This document shows positions 26,749 to 34,903 of a DNA stretch of 46,045 nt, piece by piece. The position numbers and the translations under genes are program-made. The notes beneath the pieces were generated by a model. It was not told the origin of the DNA and did not search any database. It was given only the letters and a program-made list of their open reading frames with translations. The DNA comes from a virus (Duplodnaviria; Caudoviricetes). The stretch is taken from positions 1-46,045 of IMG/VR virus record IMGVR_UViG_3300025838_000059; one strand, written 5' to 3'. Numbering within the stretch: position 1 is the stretch's first letter; each line of letters starts with the position of its first letter.

Positions 26749-27878
26749 TGAAAAGAACAACAGCAGGGCTTCTTGCCTTTTTACTTTCAAGTTCAAGTCT
26801 GCACTCTGCTACGCTTTTGCCTAACGGCCAACAACAATTCGTTGATGGAAACGGTAAGCCTTATGCTGGTGGCACGGTTACATTTTATTCAAACTATCCT
26901 GCCTGCACGGTTTTGAAAAATACTTGGTCGAATTCTGGCCAGACCGTTTTAAACACAAATCCTGTGGTTTTGGACTCCGCTGGTCGTGCGACGATTTTTG
27001 GGTCAGGAACTTACTGCCAAGTTCTAAAAGACCTTAACGGCAACACGATCTGGACAAAAGAAACAGGCGATGCTGCAAGCACCTCGACGTTAGGCTGGGG
27101 CTCGGTAAGTGGCGGCACGGCGAATGCGCAGACCGTAACGGTTTCGGGCTTTGCCAGCACCAACGGCCAAACCTTTTACTTTGTCGCAGGGGCAACGAAC
27201 TCCGGGGCGTTGACGCTTTCTGTTAATGGCGGCTCACCAATTTCTGTCGTGAAGCCAACGGCTGGCGGCACAGCGATCTTGACAGGAAGTGAAGTTGTTT
27301 CTGGAAACGTCATCGGTGTGACGTATTATTCCACGACAAGTCAATTTCAGCTTGTCACCAACAACATAGCTGTTTCAACACCTCCGGGTCAGGTTGCGTC
27401 CTATGCAATGGGAAGTTGCCCTGCCGGTTGGCTTGCCGCAAACGGTGATCCTATTTCACGATCTACTTATGCAGTTTTGTTTTCGAACATCGGAACGGCT
27501 TGGGGAAATGGTGATGGCTCGACGACGTTCAATCTCCCCGATCTTCGCGGTATGTTTGTTCGTGGCACTGGCACAAACGGGACATATCCTACAGCCATCG
27601 GCGGAACAATCGGCACAACTGGGTATCAAGCTGACACGTATTTAAACCATAACCATCCTGCAACATCGACCGACTCCGGCCATACGCACGGTTATACCGC
27701 TACATCATCAGCATCGGGTCCGGCAGCGGGCGGTTTAGGTGGCCAAACACCTTCACAATATTCCGCAACAACCGGCTCAGGCACTGCCAACATCACCACA
27801 ACAGTTGCGGACTCAACAACGGGCGGCACAGAAACAAGACCGAAGAACTATTCAGTCTTGTATTGCATTAAATATTAG
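26745..27878 (+). CDS. Tail fibre: signal peptide + podophage particle-attachment domain + tail collar domain
   Basis: QFVDGNGKPYAGG...NTNPVVLDSAGRA; PAGWLAANG...YAVLFSNIGTAWGNGDGSTTFNLPDLRGMFVRG; ETRPKNYSVLYCIKY. Confidence 0.85.
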   Translation: MMKRTTAGLLAFLLSSSSLHSATLLPNGQQQFVDGNGKPYAGGTVTFYSNYPACTVLKNTWSNSGQTVLNTNPVVLDSAGRATIFGSGTYCQVLKDLNGNTIWTKETGDAASTSTLGWGSVSGGTANAQTVTVSGFASTNGQTFYFVAGATNSGALTLSVNGGSPISVVKPTAGGTAILTGSEVVSGNVIGVTYYSTTSQFQLVTNNIAVSTPPGQVASYAMGSCPAGWLAANGDPISRSTYAVLFSNIGTAWGNGDGSTTFNLPDLRGMFVRGTGTNGTYPTAIGGTIGTTGYQADTYLNHNHPATSTDSGHTHGYTATSSASGPAAGGLGGQTPSQYSATTGSGTANITTTVADSTTGGTETRPKNYSVLYCIKY

Positions 27879-27911
27879 GCCCATTCGAGACTCAGTATAG
27901 AGTGGGTCTAA
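27875..27911. repeat. 37-bp palindromic element, copy A (junction of the two convergent arms)
   Basis: TTAGGCCCAT-TCGAGACTCAGTATAGA-GTGGGTCTAA; both convergent TAG stops lie in its arms. Confidence 0.85.
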
Positions 27912-29095
27912 GCAAGGCCGTGCATATTGCGGGCGCGAGGGATGTAAGTTTCCGTGCCCGCCACACGCTCGAAAATGCCGGACTTTTCCATTAAGGACAA
28001 AATGCGTTCGGCCTTTTCGGCTGGTGTGCGTTGGGCAAGAAAGCGCAGGATCTGGGCCGAGGCCAAAGGCGTCCTGTGCTTTAAGTAAATCTCGAAAGAA
28101 TACTGGAACACTTCTTCGATGACTTGATCGTCTGAGCGCATAATCATGTCGCGGAAAATGCAAGGCATCAAAGCCTCAATTTCTAACAACCAACCTCTTG
28201 CCCTCTCAACATCCTGCAACCTAATGGCAAGCGTCTCACCTCTTGACATTGCGGCGACCATTGCGAGCTTGACCATGAAGATCGTCCCGCGACGTGGAAG
28301 ATAGTTTGCGAGTTTTGGATGGTCAGGAACCGGGGCCCATTTGTCTTTACGCCAGCGTTCCATCTCCGCAATCGCGGATTGATCCCATTTCATTTCACCA
28401 TAATAATCTGCGACTTCATCGAGCTTTTTCACAAGTCCCGACATGATCTTGTCTTGGTTTTTGTATTCGCCAAAGAGCGGAACATCGGGGGCAGTCGAAC
28501 TGTAAACCATGAGCATTCGTGAGGTCCAACCCATCGTCCATGCAGCGTCGGGCAAAAGGGTGGCAAGAAATCCCGGCTGTGATCCCACAAGAAGAGTTGT
28601 CATGGGCTTTGGAATGTCGATAGGGTCTTTGAGCGAATGTCTGCGTTCTTCCCGGTAGGAGTCTTTGTGGTCAAACAATTCGTTTATGATGGAAAGAAAG
28701 TTTAGATCGTGAGTATTTAAGAACACTCCGAGTTCTGCAGCGAACACGAAGATGTGATGGTATTGTAGAAGTTTGTTGTCAGGGAGAAGCACAGTCCTAT
28801 GCGCCTTGACAAGTGCATCAATGAAGCTTGCAGCGGTCACGCTGTTTGGTGCGATGTTGTATTTCTTTGTAGACTTCAACAACTGCTCTGCAGGATTGAT
28901 TGCTTGTGATTTGCCCACACCCGGAGGGGCCACAAGCATCACGTAAAGATTTGCGAACTGTGGACCTGCTTTGGTCATCGTCCAGACGCGCTTTTCGAGC
29001 GCACCTGATAGCGTTGTGATTGCGGCCCACTTACGGAAAATTTCCGGGCTTGGCCGTTCTTCAGTAAACTTTACAAATTGATCTACAAAATCCAC
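27908..29095 (-). CDS. DUF3987-like P-loop ATPase / putative replicative helicase
   Basis: NLYVMLVAPPGVGKS Walker A, FAAE Walker B, SRML arginine finger; next to polymerase. Confidence 0.7.
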   Translation of the reverse strand: MDFVDQFVKFTEERPSPEIFRKWAAITTLSGALEKRVWTMTKAGPQFANLYVMLVAPPGVGKSQAINPAEQLLKSTKKYNIAPNSVTAASFIDALVKAHRTVLLPDNKLLQYHHIFVFAAELGVFLNTHDLNFLSIINELFDHKDSYREERRHSLKDPIDIPKPMTTLLVGSQPGFLATLLPDAAWTMGWTSRMLMVYSSTAPDVPLFGEYKNQDKIMSGLVKKLDEVADYYGEMKWDQSAIAEMERWRKDKWAPVPDHPKLANYLPRRGTIFMVKLAMVAAMSRGETLAIRLQDVERARGWLLEIEALMPCIFRDMIMRSDDQVIEEVFQYSFEIYLKHRTPLASAQILRFLAQRTPAEKAERILSLMEKSGIFERVAGTETYIPRARNMHGLA

Positions 29096-29116
29096 GACCG
29101 GCCCCAGTTCTGAAAA

Positions 29117-30598
29117 TCAAAGTCTTTGTGAAAGGATAGGCGTTCGCTTGCGCTCGTCCTTTTTGTTTTTGAATTTTGCCAAGCCGTCAGGATTGATTTT
29201 GGGATCGAAATTTCCCCAATTCCATCCGACCTTGGCTTCTCCGGGGACGACCAACTTATGCCCGGAGTGTTCGAAGGCTATGTCGAAAAGTGACAGGGCC
29301 TTTTGAATGATCTCAACTTCATCAGCACTTTCACGGTATTGGAAGTATAAGGCGTCATGGACTTGGGCGATGAGCTGCACTTCTGGCATGTGATACCAGA
29401 CTCTCCACAATACCAAATTCAACCTATCCGCCGTCGCGCTCTGCGGTGAGAACGCAATCGCTTCCCGGAGCGTCGTGTCGTCGTTCGCACGACCGAAGAA
29501 GGTTCGCTGGCGTCCGAGCGGCGTGGTGATGCTGTGGGTTGTTTGGAGTTGTTGAGCAACCCATCGGTGCCACTTTGGTATTCCCGCAAATCGCTCGAAA
29601 TAGGCTCGTTGGAATTGTTCGGCTGTGGCGGTGGGGATTTTTGCGTGTCGAGCCATGGTCGGGGGAAGGCCTCGGTAATTGCTTCCATGGCCGAGTTTCT
29701 TTGCCATATCCCGGTAGGTGAGGTTTCGGTAGAACGGTGTGTCAGCGATTTGGCGATTGCGTTTCGGATCAGAGCCCCATCCGAGGGAAGGCCAAGCTGT
29801 CTGTGCAACAAGGGTATGGAGATCACCACTATAACAGGCGTCAAGGTAAGACCAGTCATTGCAAATGACGCCAGAAAGCCATCCAACTTCACGGCTTTCA
29901 GCTTGTTCCAGATCGATCCCGCAAATCTTCCAGCCGGGATCTGCGATGAACATTGTGCGGAGAGACGCGGTGATGTTTTGTAGGTTTGTGCCAGTGCCAA
30001 AAGCGTTTGTTGAACTGCTAAAGCGCCCCGTCTCTGTGCCCGCAACATTGTATGAAGTGCGCATTCTACCATCTGGATCGACCTCGGTGCGAAGAACTGA
30101 AAGTTGTTTAACGGCGTCTCTTATGGCCAGAATAGTCGCAACAATTGGCCTTGCATGATAATAGTTGTCGAGCTTTTCGAGTGCCTCTCGGTCCATTGAT
30201 AGTTTTCGTTCACCCTTTTTTGAGGTCCAGATTTCTGGAATTCGCATATGGATGAAGAAGAATTCTTGGAGCATCTTTGGTGAGTTTGCTTTAAGGGGCT
30301 TGTCCCAAACAGCATCTGCAAGACGGTCCAAAAGGCATGTAAGGCGCTCAATCTCGCGCTCGAGTGTTTCGATGCCTTTGGATCTTTCATATCCATCGAT
30401 CTTAAATCCTCTCTGCATCATGTCGAGAACAGGGGCCTGGAGGGCCCTTGCGAAGTTGTAGATTTTTGGAGCATCGCCAAGGCCACGTATGGCCTCAAGC
30501 ACTTCGTGGGTAATACAACAGTCGAGGCCGTTATAGATTTGTTCGTTTTCTGGAAGGGTCACGCCTTCCTGCAGCATGGAGGTTTCGATGATGGGCAT
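29117..30598 (-). CDS. polA: Family A DNA polymerase, C-terminal part (ExoIII + polymerase domain)
   Basis: TETGRFSS, NLQN, motif A DLEQAESR, motif B RDMAKKLGHGSNY, motif C QVHDAL; N-terminal YNGLD. Confidence 0.92.
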   Translation of the reverse strand: MPIIETSMLQEGVTLPENEQIYNGLDCCITHEVLEAIRGLGDAPKIYNFARALQAPVLDMMQRGFKIDGYERSKGIETLEREIERLTCLLDRLADAVWDKPLKANSPKMLQEFFFIHMRIPEIWTSKKGERKLSMDREALEKLDNYYHARPIVATILAIRDAVKQLSVLRTEVDPDGRMRTSYNVAGTETGRFSSSTNAFGTGTNLQNITASLRTMFIADPGWKICGIDLEQAESREVGWLSGVICNDWSYLDACYSGDLHTLVAQTAWPSLGWGSDPKRNRQIADTPFYRNLTYRDMAKKLGHGSNYRGLPPTMARHAKIPTATAEQFQRAYFERFAGIPKWHRWVAQQLQTTHSITTPLGRQRTFFGRANDDTTLREAIAFSPQSATADRLNLVLWRVWYHMPEVQLIAQVHDALYFQYRESADEVEIIQKALSLFDIAFEHSGHKLVVPGEAKVGWNWGNFDPKINPDGLAKFKNKKDERKRTPILSQRL

Positions 30599-30600
30599 GA

Positions 30601-30717
30601 TTATACAAACATTAAAATGATGCAGAGGAGAGCAAGCCAGCCCATGAACGCGCCTTCATAACCTGTAAGGATGTAATAAATGAATGACCCAGCGGCCATC
30701 GTCGCAATAACAAACAT
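30601..30717 (-). CDS. 38-aa hydrophobic membrane peptide (not in ORF track)
   Basis: MFVIATMAAGSFIYYILTGYEGAFMGWLALLCIILMFV; TGATG overlap upstream, stop 2 nt before the pol ATG. Confidence 0.55.
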   Translation of the reverse strand: MFVIATMAAGSFIYYILTGYEGAFMGWLALLCIILMFV

Positions 30718-30938
30718 CACAGAACTCCTTTTGTATGGAGGTGATTAAATATCCTTCGGCAGATGTAACTTCGAATTATGCTAATGATCGTGAAGATTGT
30801 GGTGATGTAAAAGTTTGCTGCGAAGGATGGGTGGAGGTCGAAAACGGGAAATAAGAACTCTGTAACTACAAGGGAAATTACGAAACCAGATGCCGTGTTG
30901 ATGATGGCTTCGAAAAGGGAATGCTTTCGGCTTTGCAT
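30717..30938 (-). CDS. Small two-TM phage protein
   Basis: MQSRKHSLFEAIINTASG...RSYICRRIFN pattern typical of small phage membrane proteins; AGGG RBS. Confidence 0.7.
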   Translation of the reverse strand: MQSRKHSLFEAIINTASGFVISLVVTEFLFPVFDLHPSFAANFYITTIFTIISIIRSYICRRIFNHLHTKGVL

Positions 30939-31411
30939 TTTGTTAAATCCCTCGCACGTTTGTGTAACAGTAAATGGTATGCCTGATTGGGGCAGATAAC
31001 TAAATTAAATGGTGTAAAATTATCAGCAGGTTTTTCATTCATGTGATGAACAACTGCTTTTCTTGGCAAAGGTTTGCCTAAAGCCTTTTCTGCTAAATAA
31101 ACATGTTCATAAACTCTTTTTCCATTTACCGTCAGAACACGATAACCATTTGCATTAAGGGAACCTTTTCCACTTTTTGCTTTCACATTACTCAAACGAC
31201 CGTAGCGAGTTAAGCGTAAATGGTGTAATTTGCAGTAACCTTGCGAGTGATCAAGTCTTGAACAAGACTCAACAACGCATTTAGTTCGCTCCATTTTTAG
31301 CAATGTAGTTGTAGGGTTTCCGTGTCTCCACTGACGTTTATAATGAGTTGTGCAAAGACCTTTTACATAAGAAACTTTTTCACAATTTTCGATGAAGCAT
31401 TTAGTTGTCAT
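30878..31411 (-). CDS. HNH homing endonuclease
   Basis: Two Cx4C...CxxH motifs then EHVYLAE...VVHHMNEKPADN...NLVIC; AT-rich. Confidence 0.85.
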   Translation of the reverse strand: MTTKCFIENCEKVSYVKGLCTTHYKRQWRHGNPTTTLLKMERTKCVVESCSRLDHSQGYCKLHHLRLTRYGRLSNVKAKSGKGSLNANGYRVLTVNGKRVYEHVYLAEKALGKPLPRKAVVHHMNEKPADNFTPFNLVICPNQAYHLLLHKRARDLTKCKAESIPFSKPSSTRHLVS

Positions 31412-32462
31412 CTTTTTTGAACTCCGTCATTTTCTTTCCGCGCATATGCTTCCAGCTAACTTCTTGTGTATAAATTGAGCCTAAAAAGCCAAGGCCCTTT
31501 TGCATTTCGGGATAAAGAGCGTGATGATATAACATAGTATCTTCACGGCAACCTCTCGGTCTATATCCTTCTTTCATAAGATACTGAAGGTCAAATAGGC
31601 CGTTTTGGAAGATTTTTGTTATGGACGGATTTTCTAAAAGGCGCTTGACCACACCTCTTGCGTCGGACTCAATGCGTGACGAAGCCCAGTAGTTTCCGCC
31701 TTTTGACTTGTCCCAGAATGGAACAACCATGGCGTCGGTCGGGCTGGCGCTAAAGCCAACCATCTCGATCATTCCGAACTTTGTCTCGATGTCACAGGCA
31801 CATTCGGAGCGCACGTTGCGGTCGATCCAATCATGGCATTCAGCGATTGTGGGGTTGACAAGAATTCTGCGGGAGGGGCGTTTGATTTCTGGGTAATCCG
31901 CTTCGCGCTTGGCCTTGATTAAATCTGCGATGGCGATAGGTCGCCATGCCCAATTCCGTAAAACCCCAGAGGGATGGTAAGTTGGGAGGACCTTATGCGG
32001 AACGAGAGTTGACGTTGCAACTGTTCCTCGTAAAGCGCCAATCCCATTAGTAGAAAGCAAAGCCCAACAAGCAGTGCCACCAAGAGCGATAATAAGGTTT
32101 GGAGCCACGGAGGTAAGTTCATCGCGTAACCGATCCAACTCAGGAAGGTATTCTGGTTTTAGATATTGCCCGATTTTTCCCAGATGGGGGAGGGCATAAC
32201 CCTCCCCGCAAGAAGTTTTATTGCAACAAAGTGCTGCGAGGTCGTTGTTTGGTGGGCGCAAGGCCAAAACATTTGTTAGAAAGCAGTCACGTCTGGAAAG
32301 ACCTGCCTCTTGCAACATGCGGGTAAGTTCCTGCCCGGAATAACCTTGAAATGGTTTTCCGATGAGTGCTTCTTGCTCACCCCATGCCTCCCCCACAATT
32401 GCAATCTTTGCATCCTTGGGTCCAGAAGAATGTGCGAATGGAAGTGTGGGGGAGTAAGACAT
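31401..32462 (-). CDS. Uracil-DNA glycosylase (family 4-like) fused to N-terminal part of a 3'-5' exonuclease; N-terminal part of the polymerase
   Basis: IVGEAWG...PFQGYSG, TNV...RPPNN, PTYHPS; then ExoI CDIET, ExoII QNGLFD, DTML. Confidence 0.85.
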   Translation of the reverse strand: MSYSPTLPFAHSSGPKDAKIAIVGEAWGEQEALIGKPFQGYSGQELTRMLQEAGLSRRDCFLTNVLALRPPNNDLAALCCNKTSCGEGYALPHLGKIGQYLKPEYLPELDRLRDELTSVAPNLIIALGGTACWALLSTNGIGALRGTVATSTLVPHKVLPTYHPSGVLRNWAWRPIAIADLIKAKREADYPEIKRPSRRILVNPTIAECHDWIDRNVRSECACDIETKFGMIEMVGFSASPTDAMVVPFWDKSKGGNYWASSRIESDARGVVKRLLENPSITKIFQNGLFDLQYLMKEGYRPRGCREDTMLYHHALYPEMQKGLGFLGSIYTQEVSWKHMRGKKMTEFKKDDN

Positions 32463-32905
32463 TACGCGCCTTCTTCAGCAGCGATAACAAGCAACAGCAA
32501 GCTGTAAACAACGAGATCATCAATGCGCTCAGAAAACGGTTGGGATCTGTGCCTTGATGTATTGTTGCGAGTGTCGATGACGTATTGCTGGATTGAGTCG
32601 ATGTGCTTTCCGGCAAGGAACATCCATGCAGTTGACATCGGAACACCTTGTTGTTCTGCGAGACGACGGAAGTTGCCTAGAATGTCTCCGCTATCGCCAT
32701 ACTCGGAGTTCTTTGAAGCGAACAATTTCTCTGCGCGCTTCATGCCTTCTGCAATGATTTCGAGCTGCGGGTTGGCGGGGGCTTGTTGTGTCGTCACAAT
32801 CTTTGGCCTTGCAGATGGTGGAGGAGGGGGAACGTCGCCAATTTGGTGATAGGCGTTTTCTAAAAGATCAAGATCGAGTTTGTCTGCGATTTTAGGATTG
32901 CTCAT
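32462..32905 (-). CDS. Nucleotide-modification-associated domain 1 (DUF1599)/all-alpha NTP pyrophosphatase-like protein
   Basis: KNSEYG...NFRR...KH...ERIDDLVVY; AAGGAG RBS before ATG 32905. Confidence 0.6.
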   Translation of the reverse strand: MSNPKIADKLDLDLLENAYHQIGDVPPPPPSARPKIVTTQQAPANPQLEIIAEGMKRAEKLFASKNSEYGDSGDILGNFRRLAEQQGVPMSTAWMFLAGKHIDSIQQYVIDTRNNTSRHRSQPFSERIDDLVVYSLLLLVIAAEEGA

Positions 32906-34325
32906 TGTTTTGCTCCTTTTGAATTGAAGATGCTTTTTGGTGAATACGGAAATGCTGCAGCGCCCTTCTCGCGTTCGCAACGTATTCGTCGTTGATCTCG
33001 AGGCCAAGAACATGGTCGGCTCCGAGAGCTTCAGCTACGCGGAGGGCCGAGCCTCCACCACATGTCGGGTCTAACAGGCGAGTGTTAGAGTCCACAAACA
33101 TTGACAAGAAATGTTTTAGCACTGGTTCTGGTTTGGTGTGCGGATGATGCTCCTTGTTTGTGGGATGGGAGATTGCATTGCTAACGGGCTTGACTAAAAG
33201 GCGATCTTCCCGGCTGGCAATTAGTGCGGTTTCGTAAATGCGTCTGGGCTCACGCTTTGGGTCTGGGACAATTCCAACATTGTCACTCTTGACCCAGACA
33301 AGTGGGAAGTTGCAGAACGCGAGTTCTGGAGCGAGTTGGGAAAACATCTGTAAAGTTTTAGCTTGTATCGTGATGTCTCCGGACAGCCAGAAAACCAGAT
33401 GCCCGCTATGTGCCATGATGTTATCGAGGTTCTCGCATAAGCATGTGATGAGTTTTTCATAGATGTCTGCCGTATCCTGGTATCCAGATGTCGTTTGTTT
33501 GCCTGACCACTTTCCACCAAACACGTTGACCCCGTAGGGGAAGTCACAGTGGATTAGATTGAAGGGCTCGCCCTTGTAGGCTGGGGCCCAGTCGAGGAAG
33601 GATTGCTGCAGGATTGAATTTTCAACCGGCGCAATGGGTGGGATGTTTCGGGCGCTTTTTGCGGGCGCATTGGCGGGCTTTTCCGGGGCCGTGGATGCGT
33701 TCAAAAGATCATCTAAGGGATCAATACCCCCTTCCCCGTCGAAGGCCTCATTGGCCGCTTTTGACGCCGATGATAGGATGTTACTAACAGCATCCGCCGC
33801 CACCCGCTCGTCTTCACGGGACAGGAAATTGTAGGCTCGCGTTGCCGTGTCCATTGTTCGGACGTTATCGCGGTGGAGTTCCTTTGCGATCCGGCAGCAT
33901 CTTTGAACCCATGCCTGACCATAGCCGATGTTTTCAGCGGTCTTCGCGTAAGTCCAATCGGACTCGGAATGTTGCTGGGAAAGGACATCGTGAATTGTTG
34001 CGATGGCGATGCACTGGTCCTGCCAACCCAGATCCTTCCGGCGCAGATTTTCTTCGAGTTCCACGATGCGTTGCTCTGTGGGGGAAAGGTCTGTCAAGAG
34101 CCTTGCAGGGATGTCGGGAAGGCCGAGCTTCCTGCTGGCCGTGTAGCGCCGTTCACCAGCAATAAGTTTGTAGGGTTGTTCTGCGGGTCCGGGCTCGGCC
34201 ACCACAATAATCGGGACCAGCACACCACGTCTGGGAATGCTTTCGAGGAGATCATCAATCACAATCTCCTTCCGCTGGCGGGTGCCGCGATCAATCCAAA
34301 TGTCTTTGAGAGCAATGCTGGTCAT
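32892..34325 (-). CDS. ParB (CTPase + HTH) fused to an N4/N6 amino-DNA methyltransferase
   Basis: LIAGERRYTA, EENLRRKDL, HTH; MTase IHCDFPY, HPHTKP, LLDPTCGGGS in beta-class order; alternative TTG start at 34358. Confidence 0.85.
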   Translation of the reverse strand: MTSIALKDIWIDRGTRQRKEIVIDDLLESIPRRGVLVPIIVVAEPGPAEQPYKLIAGERRYTASRKLGLPDIPARLLTDLSPTEQRIVELEENLRRKDLGWQDQCIAIATIHDVLSQQHSESDWTYAKTAENIGYGQAWVQRCCRIAKELHRDNVRTMDTATRAYNFLSREDERVAADAVSNILSSASKAANEAFDGEGGIDPLDDLLNASTAPEKPANAPAKSARNIPPIAPVENSILQQSFLDWAPAYKGEPFNLIHCDFPYGVNVFGGKWSGKQTTSGYQDTADIYEKLITCLCENLDNIMAHSGHLVFWLSGDITIQAKTLQMFSQLAPELAFCNFPLVWVKSDNVGIVPDPKREPRRIYETALIASREDRLLVKPVSNAISHPTNKEHHPHTKPEPVLKHFLSMFVDSNTRLLDPTCGGGSALRVAEALGADHVLGLEINDEYVANARRALQHFRIHQKASSIQKEQNNEQS

Positions 34326-34347
34326 GTTGGCCTTCTGGGGTTTGAGT

Positions 34348-34377
34348 AGAGGGGGCAAATGGCTCCTCGCCCCCTCT
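34348..34377 (-). promoter_or_regulatory. Stem-loop between SSB-like and ParB-MTase genes
   Basis: AGAGGGGGC/GCCCCCTCT 9-bp stem, loop contains GAGGAG on the - strand. Confidence 0.45.
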
Positions 34378-34397
34378 GTGATTAATAGGCGTAAGCC

Positions 34398-34835
34398 TTA
34401 TGCCTCACCTTTTACCGACTTGATGTTGTTGCGTGGCGGATCATCAGGGCGTTCTGGATTGAAACGCTGCGTGACATACGCGATCACGCTTTGACCAACA
34501 GCTTCCGGGATTAACTCATCAAATGAGCCCCCGTCAGTCTTGAGGCCGAGAGAAACAAGGAATTCCTTGAGTCTCCAACGGGCGTCTGGTGTGAGGTAGA
34601 AGTCCGTGGAGAGCTTGCGAGATGCGAGGTCGATGTCTGCAAGGTCCTTTGGATCTACGTCGTCTGAGGTTGAGTGGAATTTAAGAGCAAAACGAACGTA
34701 AGGGGTCTTATTCTTATTGTTGTCTCCGTATTCGAAAGAAGAAATTGTGCCGTGGTATGTGCCTTCTGGAAGGGCTGATGGTGCTTTTACGTCATCGAGT
34801 TTGGTTGATAAGAGGTCTTTGAAGTTTACTGACAT
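34398..34835 (-). CDS. Putative single-stranded DNA-binding protein (DUF669-like)
   Basis: LPEGTY, OB-fold-like pattern, RNNIK end; follows AAA and nuclease genes. Confidence 0.6.
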   Translation of the reverse strand: MSVNFKDLLSTKLDDVKAPSALPEGTYHGTISSFEYGDNNKNKTPYVRFALKFHSTSDDVDPKDLADIDLASRKLSTDFYLTPDARWRLKEFLVSLGLKTDGGSFDELIPEAVGQSVIAYVTQRFNPERPDDPPRNNIKSVKGEA

Positions 34836-34855
34836 ATATTTTCTCCGTTAAAATA

Positions 34856-34896
34856 GACCCAGTGATGGGCCGGTTTTCCGCATTTGACTGCGGAAA
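34856..34896 (-). promoter_or_regulatory. Two hairpins upstream of the SSB-like gene
   Basis: TTTCCGCA/TGCGGAAA and GGCCCA/TGGGTC followed by TATTTT on the - strand. Confidence 0.4.
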
Positions 34897-34903
34897 CTTG
34901 TGA

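Noticed and set aside
30599-31400. Group I intron or intein in the polymerase
   Set aside because: The gap is fully occupied by three coupled ORFs, leaving no room for a ribozyme core, and no intein termini are seen; RT-PCR would settle it
34856-34871. GACCCA-GTGA-TGGGCC as a fifth palindrome copy
   Set aside because: Arms are similar but the spacer is far shorter than 17 bp; more simply an RNA hairpin
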